From assembly GCA_963803145.1 (NCBI GenBank), contig CAWDLW010000025.1:32001-96000 (forward strand): DNA of 64,000 nucleotides, read 5' to 3'. Below are positions 20,251 to 30,207 of the stretch, piece by piece (position 1 is the first letter of the stretch; every line of letters starts with the position of its first letter). Source of the stretch: Methanotrichaceae archaeon (lineage in GTDB: Archaea > Halobacteriota > Methanosarcinia > Methanotrichales > Methanotrichaceae). The notes under the pieces were generated by a model. That model was given only the letters and a program-made list of their open reading frames with translations. It did no database searches and was not told the origin of the DNA. A program made the position numbers and the translations under genes.

Positions 20251-21557
20251 TAACCCTTTTTGATGATCCTCCAAATGGCTATTATCCCGATGGTGTTTAC
20301 GAGTATTATCAGTATGATGCCGATAATCTTTCTAGTATCGTTTCCGTTTCCACTGGCGGCTGCTGCAAGATCGATTGAACACTCCCCATTCACGCATATG
20401 TTTAGAGATTTATCGCCGCTTGAAACTGTGTAAAGCCCGCGCTGCAATCCCTTGAAAATATAGTTATCATCACCGGAGGCGTTTGCTAATAGCTTTCCGC
20501 CATTATAGAGCGAGACCTCGCCTGATGCATTTGTCACAAGGAGGTCATAGCTGTCCTTGATGGGCAAAGGCCTGGATGAGGATATGTTCCAGGGCAGACC
20601 AAGCAGATCTAGAATCGTCGGGGCAATATCCTCCTCGAACCAGATGCCTCCCAGGTGAATCTCATCAACGCCAGGGCCGAATACGGCCAACGGAGTTCTC
20701 AGGCTTTCCAGGCGGTCGGAAAATTTGGCTGCTGAATGGCCACCCTTTCCTTTCTCGTCGGGAAATGACATGCCATGATCTGCGGTTACAAATAATAGCA
20801 CATTGTGCTTGCGGCATGTCTCAATCAGCTTCCCCAGGGGCGCATCCAGGCCCTTGATAATTTCAAGATAATCCTTTTGGCCGAGGCTCTGACCACCGCT
20901 GTCAACTGCACCCACGTTGATCATGAGGATAAATGGGCGATTTCCCATATTTTCAACAAGGTCTGAGGCAGCTTCAAGCCCCCAGCGGTTATATCCAATG
21001 TATGTCTCTGTTCCGTGCCCTACATCATACTCGGGAAAAGCATCGCGCCATCTCTCCAAGACCGCGCGTAAATCAGCAGGAAGATTCTTCTTGGCACTCA
21101 AAGATGCATTCGCATTATAGATTGAGTTGTTGCCGAAGTAGAGAACACCATCCTGTCTTATAAGCATCTCTCGAAAGTCGGCATGTTGAAGAATCGCCAA
21201 GGAAAGATAACCATTCTCATGCGCCACATCAAAGATCGTTCTTCCTAAAGATTCAGAATCTGCCTGCACTGAGCCTGCAACAATAATGCTATGGCTTTTC
21301 AATGTCTCAGGGACTCTTGAGCGCATATCGAGCACTCTTGCGCCATCGCCTGTGAGATTGAAAAGAATGGTTTTGCTGAGCTGTATTCCATCCATTGTAT
21401 AAGGACTAAACTCGCGCTCAGGGTAGACATAAGAGGCGCCGAGACCATCTACAACCAGGAGAACTGCACCTATGGGATGCTGCTCCTCGCTGACCTGAAC
21501 ATCCAGTGCACTGCCTGTGCTTAATAAGAGTAATAAAACAAGCAAATGCAGGATCAT
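20250..21557 (-). CDS. Exported alkaline-phosphatase-superfamily metalloenzyme with C-terminal TM anchor
   Basis: LLVVDGLG, TADHGM, GGH, DIAPTILDLLG motifs; signal peptide and C-terminal helix. Confidence 0.8.
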   Translation of the reverse strand: MILHLLVLLLLLSTGSALDVQVSEEQHPIGAVLLVVDGLGASYVYPEREFSPYTMDGIQLSKTILFNLTGDGARVLDMRSRVPETLKSHSIIVAGSVQADSESLGRTIFDVAHENGYLSLAILQHADFREMLIRQDGVLYFGNNSIYNANASLSAKKNLPADLRAVLERWRDAFPEYDVGHGTETYIGYNRWGLEAASDLVENMGNRPFILMINVGAVDSGGQSLGQKDYLEIIKGLDAPLGKLIETCRKHNVLLFVTADHGMSFPDEKGKGGHSAAKFSDRLESLRTPLAVFGPGVDEIHLGGIWFEEDIAPTILDLLGLPWNISSSRPLPIKDSYDLLVTNASGEVSLYNGGKLLANASGDDNYIFKGLQRGLYTVSSGDKSLNICVNGECSIDLAAAASGNGNDTRKIIGIILIILVNTIGIIAIWRIIKKG

Positions 21558-21671
21558 TGGAGACTTATCGATAATCTTGTAGGATTTATCTCTATCTCTT
21601 TCAGGCTTACTTTATGGATCTTCTAAGGATCGATGCTTTGATTAGCATTAACAATCATTAAGCCGATTGGC

Positions 21672-24383
21672 ATGCCGCCAGATACCTCATCGCCCATAGG
21701 CTTCAAGGTTTTGGTAATAGTATCCCGACCTTTGGATCTCAAGGACCTCCCGAACATTGCAGACCAGTGGGCCCTGCTCGATGGTTTGAGGAGAGTCAAT
21801 GCCCCCGCATACCTGAAGATTCTCCGGCCGCCCACAGTGGAAGGCCTCCGCACAGAAATCCTGAGCGGTTACGATATTGTTCACTTTGATGGACATGGCT
21901 CCTTTGGAGTGCGCTGCTCAGGCTGTGGCTGGCTCAATCCATCAGGAAGCGGGGCGTGCGGCCGATGTGAAGCCATTCTAGAAAACCAGGATGCTAAAGG
22001 CCACTTTTTCTTCGAGCGGGAAGATGGGAAGTTCGATTCTTTAGCTGCGGATGAGCTGGCGGAGATCATCATGAGCGATCCAGGATCTACTACAAAACTA
22101 GTCTTCTTGAGCGCATGCGAATCTGCCAAGGGAGGAGAATCCAGTCTCATGAATGCGCTGATAAAGAAGGGCGTTCCTGCAGTTCTGGGAATGAATGAAA
22201 CCGTCCCGGCCAGGGCGACCATGGCCCTGGCAGCCCCCTTCTATGCCGGTCTGGGAGCAGGAATGACCATAGCCAGAGCCTTCCAGGCCGCCCTGCCAGC
22301 CCTGAAGCGATTGGATGACGGCGCTGATCTTCAGAAAATCCCTATGTTGGATGGGCCAGGAAAGGAGATACGCCTTCTATCCTCCAAGGTTGCTGGAAAG
22401 GTAAGCTTCGATATCGAGCCACTTTTTGGGGTTCCGAGCCACGAGTTTGTGGGAGATTACATACGCAGCGATCTGCCTCGTGGTCGGAAGGGATTTGTCT
22501 CACGAGCTATAGACGCACTTCAGGGAGGAGAAAAGCTCGTCGTCCTCACAGGCCAAGGCGGAATAGGCAAAACTGTACTCGCGGCCGAGGTTGCACGGCG
22601 ATTGGTCTGGCGCTATCAAGGTGGAATCTTTTGGCGGAGTGCTGCCGATATGAAGCAATTGGGCTTGAATGAAGTGCTGGACGCTTTTGCCAGTGTCTTC
22701 GGCCCCGAGTTCCGCACGCTTCCCATCGACGCTAAACGCGATCAGGTTCTTAGTTATCTGCGAAATTACGACACCTCCAGCCTCTTAGTAGTGGACAACG
22801 CTGAGAATGTGCAGGACGAAAACCTCTGGCGTTTCCTGGAGAGCATCTCGCAGCCCAGTGCAGCTCTCGTAACCACACGGATAAGCCTGCCCCGAGAGGG
22901 CCGAGAGATCCGCGTGGAGGAGATGGAGCCGTTTGAGGCAGCCAGGCTCTTTATTAAAGAGGCCAGGCAGCGCTCACCCAAGTGGGGAGAGCACCTGAGC
23001 AGCGAAGATACAGACTGCTTGGACGAGATATCCCGCATACTCCACGGCCATCCGCTAGCTATCAAGCTGGTGGCTCCCCTGGTGGCAAGCAGAAGTTTGA
23101 CCAGCATTCGGGATGAACTTCGAAGAAATCCACCCAAAGGAGTATTAGATCGCTTTGACGTCTCTTACGCAGGCCTAACTGAGAGCCAGAAGGAACTGTT
23201 CCGCCGAATGGCTGTTTTCTATAGCTCTGTGATGGATCATGCAATTAAGGACGTGTGCTTGGATAGTGTCCAGAAAGATGATTTATCGATCTCAGATGGG
23301 GATCTCGGCGAGCTAGTCGGGAAGTCCTTTGTGGACAGAATTGAGGTTTCTGCTCAGGACGAATTAGGTAACGAGTCTATCGTTTATCGCTACCGCCTTC
23401 ATCCTCTCACGCGCCAGTATGCTATTGCTAAGGCTGGGGAGGATGTTTTGGCCAAGTATCGTGCTAGAGCCGCAAAGTACTTCCTGGGTTATGCTCAGCA
23501 TTTCCGTGAAAACTTCAACATGCTGGAGTGGGAGCGGGAGAATATCCTAGCTGGGATGGACTGGGCAGTGGAACAGCAGAGATCGGCATCCAATGAGGAG
23601 CTAGAGTCCGCTTCCTCCTGTGTTCTCCAATTCATGTTTGCCATTGATGATTATTTAGATACTAGAGGCTACTGGTCCGAATACGGACTGCGTCTTAGTC
23701 AGGCCATTGATGCTGCTGATGCTACTGAAGATAGAAAAGAGAAATCCATTTGGTTGTGTAACCTTGGAACTCTGGCTCAAAAGACTGGTGACTATGATGA
23801 GGCTCGTAAGCTCTACCAGCAGAGCCTAAAAATCTATCAGGATCTGGATGATAAAAAGGGCGCTTCTTATGTACTAGGAAATCTGGGCGTATTGGCTCAG
23901 ACAAATGGCGATTATGATGAGGCTAGACAGCTGTACCAACAAACTATAGATGTGGCAAACCAGCTTGAGGATAAAAGCAGCCTATCGAGGGGACTGCACC
24001 AGCTGGGTAACTTGGCCTATATGATCGGCGACTACGACGAGGCTCGTGGACTCTACCAGCAGAGCATGGAGATCAAACAGGCTCTGGGCGACAAGAGCGG
24101 GGTTTCCAGGTCACTGCACCAGTTGGGCATTCTGGCTCAAGACACGGGCGACTACGACGAGGCTCGCAGGCTATACCAGCAGAGCATGGAGATCGATCAG
24201 TCTCTGGGCGATAAGAGTGGCGTTTCCAAATCATTGCATCAACTGGCACTGCTTGAGGAGAGAACCGGGAATGTGAAAGAGGCATTGAGGCTAATCCGCC
24301 AAGCTGAGATAGCGTTCAAGGGACTAGGCAGCCCTTACGAGAAGCAGGCTCGTCAGGTTAGAGAAAGACTTGAGAGAAAGTGA
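21672..24383 (+). CDS. CHAT (caspase-like) protease - STAND/NB-ARC ATPase - TPR repeat protein
   Basis: HFDGHG and LSACES catalytic His/Cys motifs; Walker A GQGGIGKT, Walker B LLVVDNAE, TTR, GHPLAI, LHPL; about 6 40-aa TPRs GDYDEARxLYQQS. Confidence 0.9.
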   Translation: MPPDTSSPIGFKVLVIVSRPLDLKDLPNIADQWALLDGLRRVNAPAYLKILRPPTVEGLRTEILSGYDIVHFDGHGSFGVRCSGCGWLNPSGSGACGRCEAILENQDAKGHFFFEREDGKFDSLAADELAEIIMSDPGSTTKLVFLSACESAKGGESSLMNALIKKGVPAVLGMNETVPARATMALAAPFYAGLGAGMTIARAFQAALPALKRLDDGADLQKIPMLDGPGKEIRLLSSKVAGKVSFDIEPLFGVPSHEFVGDYIRSDLPRGRKGFVSRAIDALQGGEKLVVLTGQGGIGKTVLAAEVARRLVWRYQGGIFWRSAADMKQLGLNEVLDAFASVFGPEFRTLPIDAKRDQVLSYLRNYDTSSLLVVDNAENVQDENLWRFLESISQPSAALVTTRISLPREGREIRVEEMEPFEAARLFIKEARQRSPKWGEHLSSEDTDCLDEISRILHGHPLAIKLVAPLVASRSLTSIRDELRRNPPKGVLDRFDVSYAGLTESQKELFRRMAVFYSSVMDHAIKDVCLDSVQKDDLSISDGDLGELVGKSFVDRIEVSAQDELGNESIVYRYRLHPLTRQYAIAKAGEDVLAKYRARAAKYFLGYAQHFRENFNMLEWERENILAGMDWAVEQQRSASNEELESASSCVLQFMFAIDDYLDTRGYWSEYGLRLSQAIDAADATEDRKEKSIWLCNLGTLAQKTGDYDEARKLYQQSLKIYQDLDDKKGASYVLGNLGVLAQTNGDYDEARQLYQQTIDVANQLEDKSSLSRGLHQLGNLAYMIGDYDEARGLYQQSMEIKQALGDKSGVSRSLHQLGILAQDTGDYDEARRLYQQSMEIDQSLGDKSGVSKSLHQLALLEERTGNVKEALRLIRQAEIAFKGLGSPYEKQARQVRERLERK

Positions 24384-24414
24384 AAATGATCTATAGCGAT
24401 CAAGGTGTATTATA

Positions 24415-24627
24415 ATGTTAAAAATTCTCTGCCGGAATAATAACTGCGCCGCTCTAAATCATATCTTCCAGTGGAACGAGCGTCCCCACCTGGAAGCGGA
24501 AGGCAGACTAGCGAAGGAGGGAGACGAGGGAGCTGTCTCATTCGTTGTGAAATGCACCTCCTGCGGCACTAAGAACAAGATCTGGGTGACGAAGGTCAGA
24601 ACGATTGGTGTAACGAGGAAGCCCTGA
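24415..24627 (+). CDS. Small zinc-finger protein (70 aa)
   Basis: C-x4-C and C-x2-C pairs; SD-like AAGGTG upstream; its stop is 1 nt before the next ATG. Confidence 0.7.
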   Translation: MLKILCRNNNCAALNHIFQWNERPHLEAEGRLAKEGDEGAVSFVVKCTSCGTKNKIWVTKVRTIGVTRKP

Positions 24628-24628
24628 A

Positions 24629-25102
24629 ATGGCAGGTGTGGCAGGCGCTCCGGATGCCATAGGCGAAGATGTCACAGAGCTGGATGAGTTCTGGCTGGAG
24701 ACTGCCCGGACTGCAGTAAAGGAGTCCATAGGCTCCCTGGAGGAGGCTGCCAAGCAGCTCATAACTGCTGTGACGCTTGTGGAAGGCATCTACTTCGCTG
24801 CAGTCTCCTTCAGCGATCTGAAGAAGATATTGGCAGTTGCGGGATTAGATGCATGGGTGAGGATAGCAATCTTCGTCAGCCCAATCGTTATCTGGCTGAT
24901 CTGTCTGTTCTTTGCAGTGAGGGTCTTTACTCCTGAGAACTACAAGACCAATCTTAGTTCGCCCACACTTGCAGAGCAGGTTTATCGGGATATTGTCGGT
25001 TACAAGCATAAGAATTTGAAAAGAGCTTACTGGGCCCTACTGATCGGGTTTGTGCCGCTTATAATAGCCATTATCTATTACCTGAAATTGCTGGACGTCT
25101 AA
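24629..25102 (+). CDS. 3-TM membrane protein, topology reminiscent of Pycsar/DUF5706-type effectors
   Basis: Amphipathic N-terminal helix, two hydrophobic helices ending 'VFTP', then 'YKHKNLKRAY' and a third helix. Confidence 0.7.
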   Translation: MAGVAGAPDAIGEDVTELDEFWLETARTAVKESIGSLEEAAKQLITAVTLVEGIYFAAVSFSDLKKILAVAGLDAWVRIAIFVSPIVIWLICLFFAVRVFTPENYKTNLSSPTLAEQVYRDIVGYKHKNLKRAYWALLIGFVPLIIAIIYYLKLLDV

Positions 25103-25109
25103 AGTTGGC

Positions 25110-25262
25110 TTGATTGCCAGGTGAAAAATGGTGTGCCGATACGGTTAACCTGATGAGAGATGGCTACACCTGACCGAGGAGCATTCGGAGATGGCAGGTT
25201 ATTGTGCCGGTGTTCTGGAGACCGTGGAAGATCCTGATACTTATCGAGCAATTGAAAAATAG
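25110..25262 (+). pseudogene. Frameshifted remnant of a small RelE/BrnT-like toxin gene
   Basis: Reading across two frameshifts gives LIAR-KNGVPIRLT-DERWLHLTEEHSEMAGYCAGVLETVEDPD, resembling small 'IRLTxERWxHI..H.E....V..PD' toxin-like proteins. Confidence 0.5.
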
Positions 25263-25395
25263 GGTCGTGTCTGTGAGTTATTGATAATCGCTAACGAATG
25301 GCACAATTGATGCTCTTTGATAAAATGAAACTCGTGTGTGCGATTTCTGCAAGAACTTTCAGTAATCCACACCCACGACCAAAAATAGAAGGATC

Positions 25396-26583
25396 TTAGA
25401 AATCGGTCATGATCCTGTACTGATCGATCTCCGTCTGCTTGAGTGCAGCCAGGAACCTCTCTGCCATATCTTTTATGTCCTTGGATCTGGTTATGGCTCT
25501 GCCTACTACGAGTATATCTGCGCCTGCTGCTAGAGCCTGGCCGACGGTATCTACGCGGATTCCGCCTGCAACTGCAACAAGCAGCCTATGCTCCTTCGAG
25601 GAGAGTGCCTTGATATCAGGTATCTGGTCCCAGGCATGGGCGCTGTTCTCCATATCTATGGCTCTGTGAAGTTCGACTACATCAGGAAGGACTTCTATGC
25701 TCTTGAGAACCTGCAGCGGATTTGGAACATTTAGCATATCTATAATTGAGTATATGCTCGTCTTCCTTGCCTCATTTATCGCTAGCTCAAGGGTCTTCTT
25801 GGGCGCTAAGCCTGAGATCACGACAGCATCTGCAGTTGAATCCGCGGCCAGCCGTACCTCAAGGTTGCCTGTATCCAAAGTCTTCAGGTCGAGGATGACG
25901 AATGAGCCGGGCCTGATTGATCTGATCTCCTTGACAACTTGGATCCCAAGCATTTTCGCTAAAGGCGTTCCAACCTCGATGAGAAGATGATCGCTCTCAG
26001 GAAGCTCGCAGAGAACCCTTCTAACCTCAGCGATGTCCACAAGATCAAAGGCCACCTGAAGGTACGGCGGGTCCCATAGGCGTGTAACTCTGAATCCCAT
26101 GATCGGATGAGTTGACCTGTCCTTTTCGTAGAGCACCTTATCTATATCAGGGAAGCCTGCCATTGCCCTCTGAAGGGCAAGCTTTGTTGCACCATAGTTA
26201 TAGCGGTAAATGGCATCATAGTCCTTTGCTGCAGGATGTATGAACACAGATACTATTACTGCCAACTCCTCGACCCTATCCTTGGGAATTATGCCTTCAG
26301 CCACAGAATCGGCCACCGCTTTTGCAACTGCCATTTGCGCAGGCCCGAAGATCTGGGCCGCCTGTTCCATATTCTTTACAGTGACCTTGGGAACTATAAG
26401 CGTAGACGGTTTTGGCGGAAGGTTTGGCCGTATAACCCCCAAGAGTGGGGTATGTCCTGCAGAGAGCTGGGTAAGGCCATTTGCAAATGCAGTTCCAACA
26501 GGCCCATCCTTCTCCCCTATAATCAGGTCTATGTGAGCTATCTCAGGCTCTTTGCCGATCAGAGCCTCTCCAACTAAAAACAA
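25396..26583 (-). CDS. fae-hps: Bifunctional formaldehyde-activating enzyme / 3-hexulose-6-phosphate synthase
   Basis: GEALIG, AHIDL, FGPAQ (Fae) then LQVAFD, IEVGTPL, DLKTLD, VAGGI (Hps); TTG start behind GGAGGTGA. Confidence 0.93.
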   Translation of the reverse strand: MFLVGEALIGKEPEIAHIDLIIGEKDGPVGTAFANGLTQLSAGHTPLLGVIRPNLPPKPSTLIVPKVTVKNMEQAAQIFGPAQMAVAKAVADSVAEGIIPKDRVEELAVIVSVFIHPAAKDYDAIYRYNYGATKLALQRAMAGFPDIDKVLYEKDRSTHPIMGFRVTRLWDPPYLQVAFDLVDIAEVRRVLCELPESDHLLIEVGTPLAKMLGIQVVKEIRSIRPGSFVILDLKTLDTGNLEVRLAADSTADAVVISGLAPKKTLELAINEARKTSIYSIIDMLNVPNPLQVLKSIEVLPDVVELHRAIDMENSAHAWDQIPDIKALSSKEHRLLVAVAGGIRVDTVGQALAAGADILVVGRAITRSKDIKDMAERFLAALKQTEIDQYRIMTDF

Positions 26584-26675
26584 ATGTTCACCTCCTGATC
26601 GAGAGGTCCATAGCCCTATTAATCCTTTTTCCAATATCCCTTTAGCAGGCAAACTCCATAGGTCTACTTAATAGT

Positions 26676-27860
26676 CTATATTAACTGCCAATAGATCAGG
26701 GGTGCAAGTGCCAAGAGGGCTATACCTGTCACAAGCCTTATACCAGCTCGGTAGTCCTTTCTGTAGGCATCCACCTGCTCGGGGCTCATGCCTAGGGCGA
26801 TGAATCCGCCAAGGATGATTATGGGCAGAATAATCCCTATGTTATAGAACAGGAGATAAACTGAGCCTTCGAAGTAGCTCTTAGAGGATATAAGGTCAAG
26901 TATCGCGAGGTAAACAGCACCGACGCAGGGCGCCTTAACAAGTGAGAACAGCGCCCCTATCAGGAAGTAGGAGCTGTGTTTTCCGCTCGTTACCCCAGCC
27001 TTCACATATTTTAGCGCCCAATCAGTGCGGAATAATGAGTTCTTTCCTGCTCTCAGCCTTCTCCAGTCCTCGACATGCGCCAGGCCAAGAACGACAAGGA
27101 AGACGACTAGGATATACCTGAAGCCTGATTCTAATGCCTCGCCCTGAAGAAGATGCTGCATCCCGAGGCCGAAGAGGAAGTACATTGTGAATATTCCAAG
27201 GGAAAAGGAAATTATCATCGTAATAAGTTCACGCTTTCTCCCTGCGCTTGATAGGACCGAAGCTGCAAGAAATACCAGGATCCCTAAGAGGCAGGGGTTA
27301 AAGCCCGCGATCAGCCCTGCAGCCAGAACCATGGAGACAGTAGAGAGTGAAAGCTGCCCTAGGCTTATATCTGAGATGCCGCCGGTCAGATTGAAGCTTT
27401 GGTTCGTTTGATTACTGCTGTTGAGATTATTAGTACTGAGATTATTATTCGAATTGTTTTGATATTGATTTATATTCTGTATGATGCTCTCGTTGGTGCT
27501 TGTATTGGCAAGAGCCTCGCGGATCATTCTATCAAGCTTGCCGGTATCTCCGTCGTAGGTCTTGTAGCCGATAACCGTATGGCCGATTATTACAGAGGGT
27601 ATATCCGATTTTACCTTGTACTCCTTGATGATCCTGTGTCCCTCATCTGTGAAATAATCATACTTAACGAGAGTTATACTCTTGTTCTCGGCCATAATGC
27701 TGTCTATAGTTCTCTCTGCAGCGGCGCATTTCGGACAGCCGGGCGATTTAAGCAGTATAATTTCTGTGTTTGCGCTTGCCAGGCTAACTAATAGAGGCAG
27801 GGCCAGAACCAAAATAAGCATAAGCATTGCTCTGTAGGACTTCAAGCCAAAGGCACGCAT
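26676..27860 (-). CDS. Exported thioredoxin-like domain fused to a CcdA/DsbD-type membrane domain
   Basis: Signal peptide, CPKC, Asn-rich linker, GFNPC and KAPCVG conserved Cys in the TM region. Confidence 0.85.
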   Translation of the reverse strand: MRAFGLKSYRAMLMLILVLALPLLVSLASANTEIILLKSPGCPKCAAAERTIDSIMAENKSITLVKYDYFTDEGHRIIKEYKVKSDIPSVIIGHTVIGYKTYDGDTGKLDRMIREALANTSTNESIIQNINQYQNNSNNNLSTNNLNSSNQTNQSFNLTGGISDISLGQLSLSTVSMVLAAGLIAGFNPCLLGILVFLAASVLSSAGRKRELITMIISFSLGIFTMYFLFGLGMQHLLQGEALESGFRYILVVFLVVLGLAHVEDWRRLRAGKNSLFRTDWALKYVKAGVTSGKHSSYFLIGALFSLVKAPCVGAVYLAILDLISSKSYFEGSVYLLFYNIGIILPIIILGGFIALGMSPEQVDAYRKDYRAGIRLVTGIALLALAPLIYWQLI

Positions 27861-27977
27861 CAGAAAACCTACGTTGTCGAAGATATATAAAAGGAGATAC
27901 CATTGAGGAATTGAAAAAGCATTAATAGGCGCTCATACTAAAAAAGTATTAAGAGGCAGTTATACTTAGGGTTATAA

Positions 27978-28553
27978 TTAATCTGCCGTAGTATAAACTA
28001 ATGACGCCTTTTCGGGTGTCGTCTTTGAGAACTCTATCGAGGTGCTATCATCTGCAACCAATACTATAGAGTATCCACACTCAAGGCATTTCTTAACTGC
28101 CATTTTTATGATGGGTGTTACATCAACAGTGTACTCGCCCGGTTTTTCTATAGTTAAATTAGCAGACGTGGTGACATCGGAATCGGGCTTATCCGTCCAT
28201 GTCACAGTTTCCAGTGTTGCCCCCGAAACAAAGTAGGCCGTAACCTTGCCCGGTTTCTCTACATTATTGGCGTAAAGCTTTAGAGTTGCAGATTGAATCT
28301 TATCCGGGGTGGATGCTGAATTTGTTATAAAATCGTTGACAAAGCTTAGGTATGTCTCCTTTGTGGGCTTTCCATCCACAGATGAAACCCAAAGAGTATT
28401 ATTCCCACTAAAGCTTTCATTTGCTTTCGCAGCATCGACATAGGTGCCCACATCTAAGCTTGGGCTGAAACTTCCTGCTTCAGCTGATGTTACGCTAAAA
28501 AGAACCGCCAGTCCAATTAGGACATACAAATATCTCAAACCAAATACCTCCAA
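27978..28553 (-). CDS. Exported DNRLRE/CBM96-like domain protein
   Basis: Signal peptide; 'TYVD...N..LWV...ETYLSF...IQSATLKLY...VTW..KP' pattern; start may be TTG 28538. Confidence 0.65.
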   Translation of the reverse strand: MEVFGLRYLYVLIGLAVLFSVTSAEAGSFSPSLDVGTYVDAAKANESFSGNNTLWVSSVDGKPTKETYLSFVNDFITNSASTPDKIQSATLKLYANNVEKPGKVTAYFVSGATLETVTWTDKPDSDVTTSANLTIEKPGEYTVDVTPIIKMAVKKCLECGYSIVLVADDSTSIEFSKTTPEKASLVYTTAD

Positions 28554-28733
28554 GATAACAGGATATCCTGTAAATAAAAAACCTTTATGTTCATATGCGA
28601 CTTATATAAGTGCCTATAGTCCATAATAAGAGCCTCGCTCAACTGAAACATTGTTCTCTCGACAATCTACTAAGAAAAATGCCCTACGTTAGGTTTATTA
28701 ACTACACAACTTCTCTTGACAGCGGGTGGTTGC

Positions 28734-30197
28734 TTGAGAATTGCGGCTTATTCGAATTATATTATCTGCATAGTGCTGCTGCTGCCTACGATCGCGAATG
28801 CAGCGACAATTGACGTGAACTCAAATTTACAGGCTGCTATAGATGCCGCGTCTTCCGGCGATACAATAAGAGTGGCTCCGGGAGTGTACGATAATATAGA
28901 GATAACAAAGAGTCTCACCCTCGTCGGCGACGGCGCAGTGATCAATGGAGACGAGCGCAATGCATGCGTACGAGTACTTGCAGACGGAGTGAGCATCTCT
29001 GGCTTCGTCGTAAGAAACGGCTTTTACGGAATAAGCCTGGATACCGTAAAAAACTGCAGGATTTACAAGAACACAGTCATCTATTGCGCGCAGCCAGGAA
29101 TCATGCTGAAGTTCTCCAATAATAACATCGTTGAGGGCAATAATGCGAGCTTCAATGGCCTTGGAGGCGAAGGCTGGTATGGAATATACCTCACGAACTC
29201 GAACGGGAACGAGATAATCGGCAATGCGGCTTATGGCAATGGAGCCTACGGCATCAATCTCTTCCCGTCCTGCAATAATAATACTGTCAGGGGAAACATT
29301 CTACAGGGGAATATGTATGGCCTTTACATGTTCACAGATTGTAGCAAAAACCTGATACAGTCCAATACAATGACTAAAAATACTAATTCGGGGATGGATA
29401 TACGCTTCAACTGCCATGACAACCTTATACTCAACAATACCATAGATAACAACGTCGTCGCAGGCATAACTTTCATGGAGAAATCGGGCAATAATACCAT
29501 AAGAGGAAATACGATCTCAGGCAATGAGCGTTATGGCATCCAGATTCAGAGCGATTCAAACGATAACACCATCAACAATAACACGATATCACAGAGCCAA
29601 ACCGGCATATTCCTTGATGCCAATGGCAACCGAATTTATAGTAATAATATTATGGACAACGTAGTACAAGCAGAGGATCGGGGTGAGAATACATGGAACG
29701 CGGCTTACCCCGTGGGCGGCAACCTCTGGAACGACTATATTGGCGAGGATAAAATGAGTGGTCCAGGACAGAATAAGCCCGGAAGCGACCACTTTGGGGA
29801 TACACCCTACAAGATCAACGAAAAGGCAGTGGATAAATATCCCATAATGGGTAAACAAGTTCCTCAGATTACGATAGTTGATAAAATCGTGTCTCCGACG
29901 AGTGCCATGATAGGAGATAATATAGATATAAAGGCAAAGATTGCCGCAAAATATGGCATCGCTCAAGTAACTGCGCGCGCCTTTACTCTCAAAGGAGTTG
30001 AAGCAGAGGCATATTGCCGCATGGTACAATCGGGCGATTATTATACAGGATCCCTCTCAACTGCGCTTCTGGACCCAGGAAGCTATGATGTGGTCCTGGA
30101 CGCCAGGGATATGAGAGGATATGAGATGAAGGAGACCTTGGGGGAGATAAAGGTTGTATCAAGAGATGGCTTCGGATCATCTATACCGAGCAAATAG
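28734..30197 (+). CDS. Exported parallel beta-helix (NosD/CASH) protein with C-terminal Ig-like module
   Basis: LQAAIDAASSGDTI..PGVY, repeated GI.L....NN.I.GN, GGNLWNDY, DKYP. Confidence 0.88.
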   Translation: MRIAAYSNYIICIVLLLPTIANAATIDVNSNLQAAIDAASSGDTIRVAPGVYDNIEITKSLTLVGDGAVINGDERNACVRVLADGVSISGFVVRNGFYGISLDTVKNCRIYKNTVIYCAQPGIMLKFSNNNIVEGNNASFNGLGGEGWYGIYLTNSNGNEIIGNAAYGNGAYGINLFPSCNNNTVRGNILQGNMYGLYMFTDCSKNLIQSNTMTKNTNSGMDIRFNCHDNLILNNTIDNNVVAGITFMEKSGNNTIRGNTISGNERYGIQIQSDSNDNTINNNTISQSQTGIFLDANGNRIYSNNIMDNVVQAEDRGENTWNAAYPVGGNLWNDYIGEDKMSGPGQNKPGSDHFGDTPYKINEKAVDKYPIMGKQVPQITIVDKIVSPTSAMIGDNIDIKAKIAAKYGIAQVTARAFTLKGVEAEAYCRMVQSGDYYTGSLSTALLDPGSYDVVLDARDMRGYEMKETLGEIKVVSRDGFGSSIPSK

Positions 30198-30207
30198 GGG
30201 GAGTGTC

